From Botryllus schlosseri (lineage: Eukaryota): DNA of 64,000 nucleotides. Both the position numbers and the translations under genes were made by a program. The notes beneath the pieces were generated by a model. That model had not been told where the DNA came from and ran no database searches. It saw only the letters and a list, made by a program, of their open reading frames with translations. The stretch spans positions 4,838,001 to 4,902,000 of the forward strand of contig CM119372.1 in the NCBI GenBank assembly GCA_051294905.1. Reading direction: 5' to 3'. Positions 1-11,698 of this stretch are shown piece by piece (position 1 is the stretch's first letter; each line of letters starts with the position of its first letter).

Positions 1-449
1 CATGGTTGACGAATAAAAGAACTCTCTCTCTCTCTCTCTCTCTCGTACTATAGGCCTACTCGAATCCAGTCCTTATTGTAAATGCTGGACTCGGATTGGA
101 GCATCAGAATCGTTGTGCCCAGCCCTAGTGGTTACATGCTAGCGTAAAGATACAGGCAGGAATGGATTAGATCACTGGCCTATCCTATAAGAGACTGGGT
201 TTTATAATAGCTCCTCATCTCTGTCTCTGAGTGTAATTCAAAGAAGGAAAGATGAAGATGAACGCACGGATCTAAAAGAGGATACATCAGTGGGAGTGCG
301 AGAGGGAGAGGGATTGAAAAGATGTCAGTCGCTAATGAGCAATGAGACTGTCTGATTACAAACGTAACGTGGTGCACATGACAGTTCCAGGCGATGAGCA
401 TCTCAAGTTGCCACGGTGATAACAGTAATAATAATGACACCAATGTACC

Positions 450-690
450 GCTGGACTAATTTACAATTGGACATCAGTAAACTGTAATTTCGATTGATCA
501 TTCGATTCTTGGGTGACTCTGGCCTAGACGACTTCGGCCATATCGGGCCTCCCAGTCTATACCGTGTAAAATATAGTTGAAAAAAAAATGTACTATTGGA
601 CGTGAATGTTTGTGCACATTGCCTATCCCCATAGTCTACTATATTACATGGTTGACGAAAAGAGAATTTCCTCTCTTCTCTCTCTCTTCA
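450..690 (+). repeat. Probable non-LTR retroposon 3' end with a (TC)n tail; a second copy ends at 1-43
   Basis: CATGGTTGACGAA(T)AAAAGA followed by a TC microsatellite occurs at both 1-43 and 647-690. Confidence 0.55.
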
Positions 691-1273
691 TATTTTCAAT
701 TATCTCTATTATAGTTAATTCTGCAATCTAACCTTCATGCATGTGTTGCATAGGAATAACAATTTGGCCTTATTAGTGAAATCGTAAACGTCTATTTCAA
801 TTCGTCCTATCCTTAGGGGCAGGCTTCTCCCCGGATTGTGAGTGTATTTACCTGTTTTACTGTGAATACAGAATATAATAAGGATTCGAAATATCACTAT
901 ATTGGGCACGGTGAAATGTGCATATTCTTTGGAAGACCTTGATTGCACTTCTAGACTGAAAAAGTTACAGCATAACTTCTGTAATTCCTATTCTCAATTT
1001 TCAATCAAAACCCTTGCCAATTCTTGACCCGATGCATTTCTGTGATCCGATCATGTATGCATGGGAATAACAATTCGACTTTACTAATGAATTTAAGTTT
1101 ACATCACTCTCGCCATTTTCCTAAGGGGGCAGGTTGCTCCTCGGATTGTGTGTGTATTTACCAGTTTTACTGCGAATAAATAAGATCAAAGGGACAGTAT
1201 GTATGAAATATGTTTCTACTATCATTGAACAGGCATGACCATATCCTTTCCAGGAGGTATTTCGCGATATTAT

Positions 1274-1717
1274 TAGGGTTGCATTGAAAACAAACGGTGT
1301 TTTAAAACACTTTGTTTAAAACATGTTTTAAACAGTGTTTTAAAAAAAGTCATTTAAAAAAAACAAAATTGTGTTTTTCTTAAGTTGTAAAATTATGCCA
1401 TAATTGTGTAAATACTTTCCAAAAAACATGCTGTATGAGCCTACGGTCAATTACCATCAGGTATAGCCGACGTATATCGATACGGGATGGTTGGAACTCT
1501 AAAAAATAGTCGGTTCAACATTAATAGTACAGATATTTCGTCAAAGGGGCTATATTTACTCTACAGTTTCAATTGTCAATGTCATTCCACTATGACGTCA
1601 CAATTGGATATTCGTGACGTCATGGCTTTTAAAAAACAATTAAAAAACATGTTTTAAATTAGGGTCTTGTTTCAAACATGTTTGTTTTAAATTGATTTTT
1701 GTTTTAAATGCAACCCC
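1274..1717. mobile_element. MITE family A (TAGGGTTGCATTT...AAATGCAACCC; TTTAAAAC subterminal repeats)
   Basis: Terminal inverted repeats; internal sequence shared with copies at ~4400-4630, 32109-32490, ~46080-46445 and 48130-49261. TSD not preserved here. Confidence 0.85.
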
Positions 1718-2784
1718 AAGTGTAACCCAATCCTGGTTTCGGGCATACTCCTGATCAGCAGGCTATTGATCATGTCAGTGCCAAAGTCAAATTAAATCAA
1801 CGTTAGACTTACCTTCAAACATTAGAACAGATGAATAACAACATACATTTAAAATTAATGTGTCATTGTAAAGATATGTCCAATCGCCTACAATCCTTGG
1901 TGTTATTACAGCTGTCGAGCGTACCACTTTGTTACTCCACTTTCAATTGACACTAATAACATTGGTAGATAGACGCAAGATGTAAATAATTATGGATCAA
2001 GGAGGCAACAGAATGCCAATCGTTGCCATATCGACCTGCGTATAGATAGCGAAATCAGCAACGCCCACTCCTAAGTTTTGATATATTACTATATTCGTAA
2101 TGACAATTTGATAGTATGTTGCGTCCATGGCTTTACCGGCCCACGGCATTCCAAGGCACAAGTCCTCTGATTTTAACGTTTGAACCGGCTCAACCCTAGT
2201 CATTTGCATTTTATCACACAGTCAGCCCGAGTTCGAGTAATTCTACGAAAGATCGCGTATAAGCCGAGATCACGATTTTCAGTCACCAATCATCAACGGG
2301 TCATGTTTTGTCATCATGAACTGATAATGTGTCGTAATAGCAGATCTTCCACCGCATAATTGGATTTGAAAGTGCGGGTCGCGTGTTTGAGACCCCAGGC
2401 CTAAACCCTGTCGCGTACCACATGAATTGTGAATGTTCATCATGGCGTGAACAGGTACAGCACTTGCAATGAAATTAGATATCATAGATATATCGTGATC
2501 GTGTTCGATTTCGAAGATTACAGCATTTATAAGTAAAAGTAATAATCGATTATTTTCGAAAAAACTAAAACAATCGTAATCGTAATCGCAAGCGATTGTT
2601 CCGCATAAATTACCGTTGCTTTTCAAGCGCACGATTTACAGTTGCACAAGTACGAGGACTACGACGGAAGCTGGACAAGGAATAGTGTGACAATTATTAC
2701 ATCACACGCATTACATTTTCCCGTCAATTGTGCTGTAACGAATAATCCATACACACTACACAGTCACGCAGTCCGTAGGTAGAC

Positions 2785-3645
2785 CAATGATTCCCGAACT
2801 GTGTGCCGCGGCACATTAGAGAGCCGCCACAGATTCTCAGGTGTGCCGTGACTCTTTTTGTAATTTCAGGAAAGAACTTCATAAATATGTAAAACAAGAC
2901 ATGCTGAGATTCTGGCAAGCATATGCGACTTAAAAGCGCTGTAACTGCTTCATAGTTGATCAATAAGCACATGCAACCATTACAATGAAACCAATTATGG
3001 TATTGCCGATGAGTATAGGGTGTTATGTGTCGCAGCAGATAGTCTTAATTCGTTTTACGCTCTTGGTGAATTAACTGATAAACTCCGCAAAACATGAGAA
3101 CACAGCCTGGAATTCAGCTTGCATTGCAATATTAGTCCTCAGTATCTGTTGCTCCGAATTTAAGATGGGTCGTTAGCCCATTTCCATTTGGAAGCAGTGA
3201 AATAAGCAATTTTTTTGCAGCGAACAGCTCATTGACATACGAAACGTCCCGTTTTTTTTTAAACGCTGTTTCCACAGATAAGATATCGTGGTCTCAATTC
3301 AAATGCTATATCATGATAGGAATAAGAGCAGCCAGAACTTTAATGCCAGTTACATCCGTGCATCCACGCATTCTAGCAGTGAACATAGGTTCTTTGTTTT
3401 GACTGGAATTAAAAGCTGTGCGAGAGAGACTGCTTAGAATTGAAGACGAAATGGTGGTATGTCTGCAACAGTGCAATGTAACGTCGTTTTAGTCGTATAT
3501 CTATCTATGTTCATATAGACAAGCATAGCCGTCGCATTACCACATCAATTCTTTTCGCGAAAAGCAACTTTTTTGCAAGTGTGTCGCGAGTTTTTTTTAT
3601 TTATTTTCTAGTGCGCCAGGAGCCAAAAATGTTTGGGAACCACTG
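2785..3645 (+). mobile_element. Degenerate non-autonomous hAT (Buster/Charlie-like) element with a transposase C-terminal remnant
   Basis: CAATGATTCCC...GGGAACCACTG termini; flanks aggtagac/ccgtagac. 3330-3470 reads AARTLMP...EHRFFVLTGIKS / RERLLRIEDEMVVCL (frameshifted), resembling the Buster dimerisation domain. Confidence 0.65.
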
Positions 3646-4007
3646 CCGTAGACATTTGACCATTGAGAAAATCACAGATTTGCTATACTGCTGATTAGGT
3701 CCGGGCAAAATCTAGTACCTGCGTGATTCGATTCACAATCGACTATTGGGCTTTGAGTCGTGTCGAGTATTCGAGTATAACTCAATATGGCGTCACAGCA
3801 GCATAAGTCATAAGAAAATAATTCCAAATGTGTACCGTCTATTTGACTCAAAGAATACAATGCCAGTTCCACATCACAGCATCAACCACAACAACTATTT
3901 CGTTGCATTTCGTGAAAATGATGTGGATTGCTCAGGAATGTCACAGAAATTTCTTTTCCACTAACGTGCGTATATATTTGTACCACGACCACATAATACA
4001 AAAAATC

Positions 4008-4065
4008 GACCTGGCGTAAATGGCTATTGCAGTCAAAAACACCATGAATACCACAAATAAAAACA
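4008..4065 (+). repeat. 3' tail fragment of the same SINE (or of its partner LINE)
   Basis: CCTGGCGTAAATGGCTAT...AACACCATGAATACCACAAA matches the SINE 3' end. Confidence 0.6.
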
Positions 4066-4399
4066 GCGACGACGACTGAAAAAGATTTGACCGTTGGCTG
4101 TTGAGCGACGGTAACGTAGCCAACTACCGTAACTGTATGGATGCATTTGAAACCATAATAAATTTAAAACAGACAAGTTTAAAACATGGCACTTCTTCAA
4201 AAAATAATTTTGTAATGACGTCACCGATCTTTAATTATGGCGTCATAAAGGATTGCATCTACAATTGGAAATATAGTGTAACTATGTCGACTATGTCTCC
4301 TTTGACGAAAAAGGCTGCCGACGCCTGTCTTGAAAGGACCAAAAATGTCTTTGACCGGGGCTTCATCGTTATGCAGCATTTTACGATCGGCGGCCATCA

Positions 4400-4630
4400 T
4401 CATCATAACATCCATTCAGTGCCGATGATATATCTACCTGCTATAACTGTCGAACCAATGACGATTTCGAGGGTTCCAACCATTCCATATCGTATACGTC
4501 GACTATATCGGGTGCAAATCGTCCGTAGGCTCATACGACATGTTTTTCGAAAGTATTTACACAATTATATCATAAATATACAACTTGAAAAAAAACTTTT
4601 TTATATGTTTTTTTAACTCTGTTTAAATCA
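4400..4630. mobile_element. Partial inverted copy of MITE family A
   Basis: GAGGGTTCCAACCATTCCATATCG...GTAGGCTCATAC...AAAGTATTTACACAATTAT matches the reverse complement of 1400-1500; boundaries approximate. Confidence 0.7.
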
Positions 4631-4639
4631 CTCCGTGTC

Positions 4640-4816
4640 TGATTAGAAGGAACGAAAATCAGTTTATTTTTGTTCGCACCAATTCGCATGGAAGATTATC
4701 GAGTCAGCATCACCATTTTTACTGTTCACACACTCCAGGTGAGCTGAGCGCCTAGCGGGAAATCTGTAGACACCAGTTTTACGATCAAGTCTTTTGTCTG
4801 ACCCGACCGGGGAACC
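4640..4816 (-). mobile_element. SINE remnant with a Meta-domain-like core
   Basis: The - strand reads CCGGTCGGGTCAGACAAAAGACTT...AAAACTGGT...CCCGCTAGGCGCTCAGC, resembling the MetaSINE central domain. Related remnants at ~33648-33890, ~39640-39692 and ~62044-62250. Boundaries approximate. Confidence 0.55.
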
Positions 4817-5095
4817 AGCGATGTAGGGGATGCGGATGCATCACCAAAAGTTTTTGAATTACGGAGCGAATTCGTCGTGAATTGATTTTTATTTTAAGTC
4901 GCGTTGTAATTTTGAATTGATATTCTACAGTCTATACCAGTGTTTCCCAACCTTTTTTCACCCACGTACCACTTCGAGGTTTTATGCAGTGCTCGCGTAC
5001 CACCTACATAATTTACGCGCGCCATAAGTAGTCAAAAATGTTCCCACCATTAATAACGTCATAATCACGTATTTGACCTGTGTGGGTATAATAAC

Positions 5096-6063
5096 TATGG
5101 CGATTTTTTTACCTAATAAATGGAGGATTTTGACCAAAAAAGACTTAATTTGGACCAAATTTTGACCTCACGTTTGCAAATTAGGTGTTATCGCACATGA
5201 TGTTAAAATTGTAGGCTACTACTTATATTAATTTCTTGATGGGAGTCTATGTCCTTACGAAGTAGTGTGGCCTGAGAAAGCGTTTCTGACTTAAAAACTG
5301 GCAAATATTTACATGATAAAACTTTATTTAAATTATATCTGGCCCTATGAAAAATTTCAGTTGTTACACCACGTATTATGGTAGAGGTAATTAAAACTTG
5401 CTGTAGTACAACGAAAGATACCTTCCTACATTCTGGAGTAGAAAGTGTATGTCCTTACAAAGTAGCTTGCCAAGAATGGAGAAAGAGAGTTCAACAGCAG
5501 CAGTTGTTGGCTGACAACACTGAAGTTGTGCGTACACTGCTGGTGACACACCGTGCTGCTTAATTCTGACAATGCTGTCTACATCACAATTTTTCATCAT
5601 GCGCTTCTTGATATAAGAACCATGCAATGCCCAAGCAGTCTTGCTTCAGTTAGTATATTGCGGTACGCTGACCATAGCACCATTTCAAATGTCAACCTAT
5701 TTGTTTCGTTTGACCGTTTATTGTTTGTTTTGTTTTTGGGGTATTCATGGTGTTTGTCGACTACTATGGTCATTTACACCAGGCCGATATTCTTCTAATT
5801 TTCCGTAACTGCCGACTTATAGCACGGCCCACCTCTAGGCGTTTGTAAGACACCGCTGACGCGGATGAGGTGGCGAGGAGGAGCCTATAGGTAAACCTCC
5901 AACACTTAGGTATCGGAATTCGGAAGTCGACCTCGGTCGGACTCGAACCCGCACCCATTGGTGTTGCAGCCGCGGATTATACCACTATGCGCTATCTCGC
6001 CACCCAGTTTAACCGTTTATGATTCACGATGAGCAGAGAATGACATGTCAAAAAATCGCCCAA
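5096..6063 (-). mobile_element. Internally deleted hAT element (family C) with a transposase C-terminal fragment
   Basis: Flanks ataataac/gtaataac (7/8). ORF 5391-5627(-) LQCCQPTTAAVELSFSILGKLL resembles the hAT P-TSA.VERSFS motif. Homologous to 24399-26759. Confidence 0.78.
5722..6011 (-). mobile_element. Full-length tRNA-derived SINE with a (CAAA)n tail
   Basis: On the - strand, A-box-like TAGCGCATAGTGG and B-box GGTTCGAGTCC. TSD ACCGTTTAT (5713-5721, 6012-6020); the empty site is visible at ~26518 in the paralogous host element. Confidence 0.9.
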
Positions 6064-6310
6064 GTAATAACAAATTCTATTAAACTAGGCATTATCAGTC
6101 AGGGTTGATGGGATGCATGGAAATGTTTTTTCACCACTAGTCAAAAACTTTGAACTACCTTCGGTCGATAAAAAACAAAATCTACTCGCGTACCACCTGA
6201 AAGACCTTCGCGTACCACTAGTGGTACGCGTACCACAGGTTGGGAACCACTGGTCTATACCTTTTCCTCACTATTTTAAAATTACATTAAGTGACAAGAA
6301 CACACTATAG

Positions 6311-7177
6311 CAGGGGTGTTCAGCCTTTTTTCTTTTCGTGGCCGCATTTTGATTGCGTGTAATAGCATACGGGTGCATTCCAGCGGACAGTAGTAATGAA
6401 GCACCTGGGGCGCCAAATATATATTTTAAATTGGCTTCTGGGCGACTTCGCATTACGCGTCGCCTTTGTGGAGTTCTGTGGCATCACTGTCTTCTTATGA
6501 AATACCCCACTCATGACAGTTCCTAATTGCAGAAGTAGAATGCTCCCTCCCGCAAGCTTATTATACGCACCGATATCACGAGTATTAATGTTATGAAACG
6601 TATTTGGGATTCGTTGTCTAGTCGCGCGTATTCCGAACATTCTTCGGTAATACTGGTAGTTTCACATATTACCATAAATATTGATCCCTTCTCGACCCAC
6701 GTTATCAGATTTACCACTAGAGCTGATGAAGGGCCATCTTCGAAATTTTTTGGCACATGAAATGATAATGCTAATGAAAATGGGTTGCTATTAATCACTT
6801 TGTTGCATGTTTTTTTTCTTGAACTCCCATCAGAATTCTTGTTTCAGTCAAAATATATATTGAAATCGCCCAAACGTCCCAGAAAAGCTTTCATTCGAGA
6901 GACGCACATGATTCCAAATCGTTATTTCTTTATGGTGGGGTCATTTTCCTCTGTGGTTCGTATTTGTACGGCGGGGCTTAAATTGCAAGGACACTGCTAT
7001 ATTAAAATCCACAAATGGCACTCGCGCGAAGCGCAGAGAAAACTTTCCAGTTGGATACAAATCACTCAAAAATTTGGGAACCATTCGTAAATTCAAATTG
7101 CATGTTGACGGCCGCCAACACACGCTAATTTAGTTATGTGTAGACGGCCTCATACGGCCGCAGGTTGGCCACCCCTG
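6311..7177. mobile_element. hAT-type MITE (CAGGGGTG...CACCCCTG)
   Basis: TIRs; TSD cactatag/cattatag (7/8); internal 6660-6750 is similar to 52800-52890. Confidence 0.82.
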
Positions 7178-9953
7178 CATTATAGCCTACAGCAGGGGTG
7201 GTAAATATACGGTCCGTCGTATATGCAGCCCGCGAAGCAACGCAGAGTAAATGAGAAAATGCTTGTGTTGTACAATCCGTTTCCATCAATGGATTTTAAT
7301 AAGAAATAACTCGCGCTTATAATCTCTCAAGACAGCAAATGTCGTTCTCACTATTACAACTTTTATCTTTTCCAAGTCCCAAGTGTGTATAATGTGCCTC
7401 CAAGGCGAATTGTCGCGTTATGAGTCGACATAGTTGGGCGCGTTGCAATTCCGGGTTCGTTTGTGGTTAACTTGGCAAAAAATGTTTTCGCATCCACAAA
7501 TATTTCCTTCCCCTGCACCTATGATTGAACCCAAAATCTAATAGCTAGCAAGATGTTGGATGCTCTTTACGCCATCTCGTAAATAATATCTATCCAAACG
7601 TTTGTGTGTGTCAATAAACAATACCTCATCGCGATGGACGCAGTTCACGAAATTATAGTCCTGCAAAGTAAGTTGCATACGTACGCGTGGGCTATTATTT
7701 ACATTTTGTTAAAACGCAAGTCTAAGTATTTTCAATGTAGCCTATTTATATGTGAGGTAATTGCATTAGACAACGTGTCTGATGCGTGATAATTGCATAT
7801 TGTGATGTGAACCGACGTCATTTGCTGGTGACTTTGTCGGACCATTATATAATAACATTCCTTTTCTCAGGCAGCGAAATGTCCGTCATAAATCATACCC
7901 GTGCGATTCGTTGGCGTAGATGACGACAGAGGATGAATAGGCCTATAAAAATGGCGGGGATCTTTCTTCGCCATTTTAGACTATTAGTTCATAGCAAACC
8001 TGTTTGAACAGTAATTGAGCAACGGTCGGTATGAAATAACAGTTTTCTGAAATCGACAACGCGCGCGAGTAAAAATTAACGAAATCATCCGTCGAAGGCG
8101 GGGGTTAATGTTCTGATCTGAGCGCCATAACACAGTGCATACAGGAATCCACGTTATATTCACTTCTTGTTGTGATATTGCATGCTGCACAGTGTACATA
8201 TTTCACTAAAATGCTGAAAAACATCGTCAAGCAGAAGAAAACATTACATATTGCGACTTATTATATACATAATTGTTATCCGTCTGAATACACAATACAC
8301 ATTGACTTCGTGCGCCTTAGTAAGATATCGAGTGTTTGCTCGGATTGCACTTGGGAATAAAGTACGACCGGCATCTTTGTCCTGACTGCAGCGGGGCGAG
8401 CTACATGGCAAAACTGGAGAGTGGTGCGAAAATCAAATACCTTGACCGAACACGCGTGCCAGTTTATTATTATCTTCTGTACAAGAAAACAAGATCAGCA
8501 GGTCATAACAATCACTCGGCGAAGACGATGAGATCATGTCTCATTCAAGTTTTCAGCTGATGCATAGTATATAATCCACGCGACTCTCGAAGGCAATCAC
8601 CCAGAACACAAAACGTAGTTTGCAATAACCGAACGGCATAAATCCTTCGATAACATGCGAGAACGGCTATGCATAATATCGTAGTTCAGTATCAGAATCA
8701 GTTTGATAGTAATTTAATCATTATTAAACACAACTAGACTGCTACAGAATGAAAATATAGGAAGGTGTCGAAACAACTTGAAGTAGTCTTTGAAATCGGA
8801 CACTTACCTGGGCCTATAGACGATGTAAATAAGAGTTCAGAAATATATGGGCTTCTCTTTCTGATAACCAAGGGTTTTGGTGAAATTTTTTCGTCGCCAA
8901 TGCTTATTTATATTCCGGAACGCGCTAAATACAGCGATCGTTGACAATATATGCCCACACTGATAAGTGTGTGATGGGCATGCACGATCTTGATAAACAA
9001 TAAACATATTCCAGGGCAGACGCGAAATTTCCAAAAATAAATGTAAGATATGCCGTCACAATGCCATATGATGACGTCACAATATTGGGATCACAGTGGG
9101 CGTCACTGATCTCTCCTTGTCTACGCTACTATAAAATCATATTGTTAGAAATCATTGACACGTAACAATTCATAAATTTAATTCATACTTCGACTATACA
9201 TCGTTCCGGATCGACCATTGAACGAAGCGCAATAAAATTTTCAAGCATTTTGGGCAAATAAAAAAGACGACATTACGAGGTGCCACAAAATTTCGCATCC
9301 ACGGGACCGCGGATTTCTTTTGTCGAAGGCATCACATGAAAGAAATTAATGTATGCGGTCGTTGTATTAACCATACAGTAAAACCATTCAACGGTAAAGC
9401 TCGGAATATCGCCTACTCTTTCGTTTCCACCGTGAAACGCATTGTGCCGTACTCGCCAGGGAAAGGCTCTGCGGCAGTAAAACATATGCAAATAAACGGC
9501 CTCGCATTATATCCTGGTTAGAGATGTGACCCAAGTACCTCGTCGCTTGTCGTAGTCAGGTAGCGAGCTGTGCGTAGCCGTGCGGTCGCGATGACAGTTC
9601 TCGCAAATAAACGGGATTTCGAAAACACCTGACGTGCACCGATGACTTCGTCGGCAGAAGGTTGAGTGCATGAGAAACGTCCAGTCCATCCAAATATAGC
9701 AGCCGCCAATTATGAGTAACGCAGCTGGCAATAAATACGCTAATGCATCTGGATCACTAAATTCGTTATAGGCTACTTCGATTTATTTGGGCTGGAGGAA
9801 ACGGGGCGACTGTCATACAGAGCAGGATAGAGTCATGCCGCAAGCAATGTAAGCCGTCTGTAAAACTAGAAATGCCCAGCAGTAACGACGATTAACCCGT
9901 CTTGTGGCTTAGCCGTAACCGTGAACAGCGTGGAATAGTTATGTTTCACTTAT

Positions 9954-10034
9954 GGGAGCAAACAGCTAGGTAGTTTCAAGTTGTGGAACGTGGCCAGAGA
10001 TCCACACCTGTGACTGCCTGTTTGTCGACCTCCC
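9954..10034 (+). ncRNA. mir-196: miR-196 precursor hairpin; mature 5p about 9967-9988 UAGGUAGUUUCAAGUUGUGGAA
   Basis: 18/22 identity to vertebrate miR-196a (first 12 nt identical). The 3' arm TCCACACCTGTGACTGCCTG (10001-10020) pairs with the 5' arm; basal GGGAG/CTCCC pairing; UG at -14 (9953-9954) and CNNC (CTTC 10040-10043). Confidence 0.92.
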
Positions 10035-10060
10035 GCAAGCTTCTACGACAGGGTATTTAA

Positions 10061-10116
10061 CAGTGTCGAATGGTGATCCAGGGACCAAGTTAGCCCTGGA
10101 TCGTTGTTGACCATGG
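10061..10116 (+). ncRNA. Unassigned pre-miRNA-like hairpin between mir-196 and the mir-10-like hairpin
   Basis: GTCGAATGGTGATCCAGGG pairs with CCCTGGATCGTTGTTGAC (18 bp including four G:U pairs and one bulge), 10-nt loop. The G:U pattern only works on the + strand. Confidence 0.45.
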
Positions 10117-10170
10117 TTGGCGGTATGGTACTAAAGCTTAATGAATTATGGAAGACTATCTATATAGTTA

Positions 10171-10249
10171 GCAATGTTTCGTTTACCCTGTTATGTAAGA
10201 CTTGTGAATAAATGCGCAAGTCTTATCCCCAGGGTGACCGCAATTTTGC
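10171..10249 (+). ncRNA. mir-10: Divergent miR-10-family precursor hairpin; predicted 5p 10184-10206 UACCCUGUUAUGUAAGACUUGUG
   Basis: Same length, first 8 nt and last 5 nt as miR-10a (UACCCUGUAGAUCCGAAUUUGUG); 14/23 identical. Stems TTACCCTG/CAGGGTGA and TAAGACTTGTG/CGCAAGTCTTA with an 8-nt loop; about 200 nt from mir-196. Confidence 0.68.
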
Positions 10250-11698
10250 GTTAGCTCGCCTGAAACCGGTACGCAAAGCTTAAAAAAGTACATGACTGTG
10301 CAATACACTATTTCTGTTTTGCTCTATCTCGTAGACCCCTAATTTCCGCTACTCAAATGCTAAAAATTGTAGAATATACGATTAGCTGATGCATAAGTAA
10401 ATATATAGGGGGGAATGTTGGTATATATCTGTATCCGATAGTGTATTATTATTACTTGTCGAGAACTCCTTATTTCAGATTTTCTGAGAGAAAAGAATAC
10501 CACGAGTTGGTTGATGGATGATTCAATATATGATCGCGAGATGTGCGTCCCTCACCAATGCTACAACGCGATTCCTCAATTGCGCATGTATAGACCAAAT
10601 GGATGCTTGAAATTGATTTGACAGGAGTGAGTTTATTTGATGTAAACGCCATCGCTGATGGAAAACGGGTAGAGGTATTTTACCATGCGCTGGTTTCAGA
10701 AAAAGGAGGTGGACCAGTTGAAAGATGCCAGCTCCAGAAGACTACTTACTCATCATCAAGACTTGGCAATGTGAATTGAAATTTCAACGCGTGATCGTGT
10801 GCTAGACTTCGTGAACTTTGTTGCTGTAAGCCGCGCAATACAAAAGTTATGGAATACACAAGTTTACTTTTTTCCAATACCTCTGGTCTTCAAATTCAAA
10901 GCTTCGATAATAGCTGGCCTTTCTGTCATGCATTCTTCAGCAACGTAAGGCGTGTCGGAATGGGTCATAATGGAGTAGTTAAGATTTTATTGCCTTCGCG
11001 CTTACAGTTGCAAGCGTTTGATGAGCCGTTTGTCCCAACAAGGGGGACAATTAAATGAAACAATTAGACAGTCGTCTTTTGAAGTTCGTGATAACAAGCC
11101 GTAACGCAGTTCTCCGCTGAATACAGTGCAGTATAGATACGTAGCTATTGTACCGACGTTTTAATCGCCTATCCGAAATGACCCCACGGTTGTTAAAATT
11201 GCTGGCGGTTTGCATTTGGCAGAAGATCAAACGAAACAGCCAATTCGATCAATATGTTAACCGCGCAATCCGCATTACTATTCATTGCGCGCAGCATGGT
11301 AGGCGGAACGCCCAGGCGTCACAAGAGACTGTAGAATCGCTTACTGTCTTTTCAATATACATTCGTTAAGGTACCTCCTAACAACATGCAGTATCACACG
11401 ACAAATGCACATTTAAATGTAATGTATTTCTTGAAGATTTTTCGTATCACATAAAATCATAAAGATTTGAGAGGAAAATATATATAAAAAAAGGAAAACG
11501 TCGTTAAAAAGTACGTTGATATATGGCTCTTGAGTGCGTTGCGTTACGTTGACACGCGTGTTTGTGAGTGGCATCGGACAGAATTCATTATCTTACGTCG
11601 TTTCGGCTTTCGAGTTCAACTCCCTCATGGTTTTATAGTCAGCGGTATGTTTTCAGGTATTCCGCAGCCCGATTATAAAAGGTCGCAGATATTTTCAA

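Larger units (their letters stand above)
4938..6252. mobile_element. hAT-type MITE (CAGTGTTTCCCAACC...GGTTGGGAACCACTG; CGCGTACCAC subterminal repeats) with nested insertions
   Basis: TIRs and exact TSD GTCTATAC (4930-4937, 6253-6260). Confidence 0.92.

Noticed and set aside
4101..4616. 171-aa ORF
   Set aside because: It overlaps a MITE family A fragment and has no recognisable domain.
5935..6005. tRNA-like sequence on the minus strand
   Set aside because: It is the head of a SINE: no acceptor-stem closure, it continues into the SINE body, and it is flanked by a TSD.
9894..9906. AACCCGT-CTTGTG, the first 7 and last 6 nt of miR-100, just upstream of mir-196
   Set aside because: The central 9 nt are missing and I find no convincing complementary arm; chance or at most a decayed relic.
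10245..10278. Short TTTGCGT/ACGCAAA hairpin as a fourth miRNA
   Set aside because: The stem is only about 8 bp, too short for a pre-miRNA.
10691..10712. TGGTTTCAGAAAAAGGAGG, resembling a WFQNRR homeobox helix 3
   Set aside because: It reads WFQKKE with no upstream homeodomain similarity or splice context.
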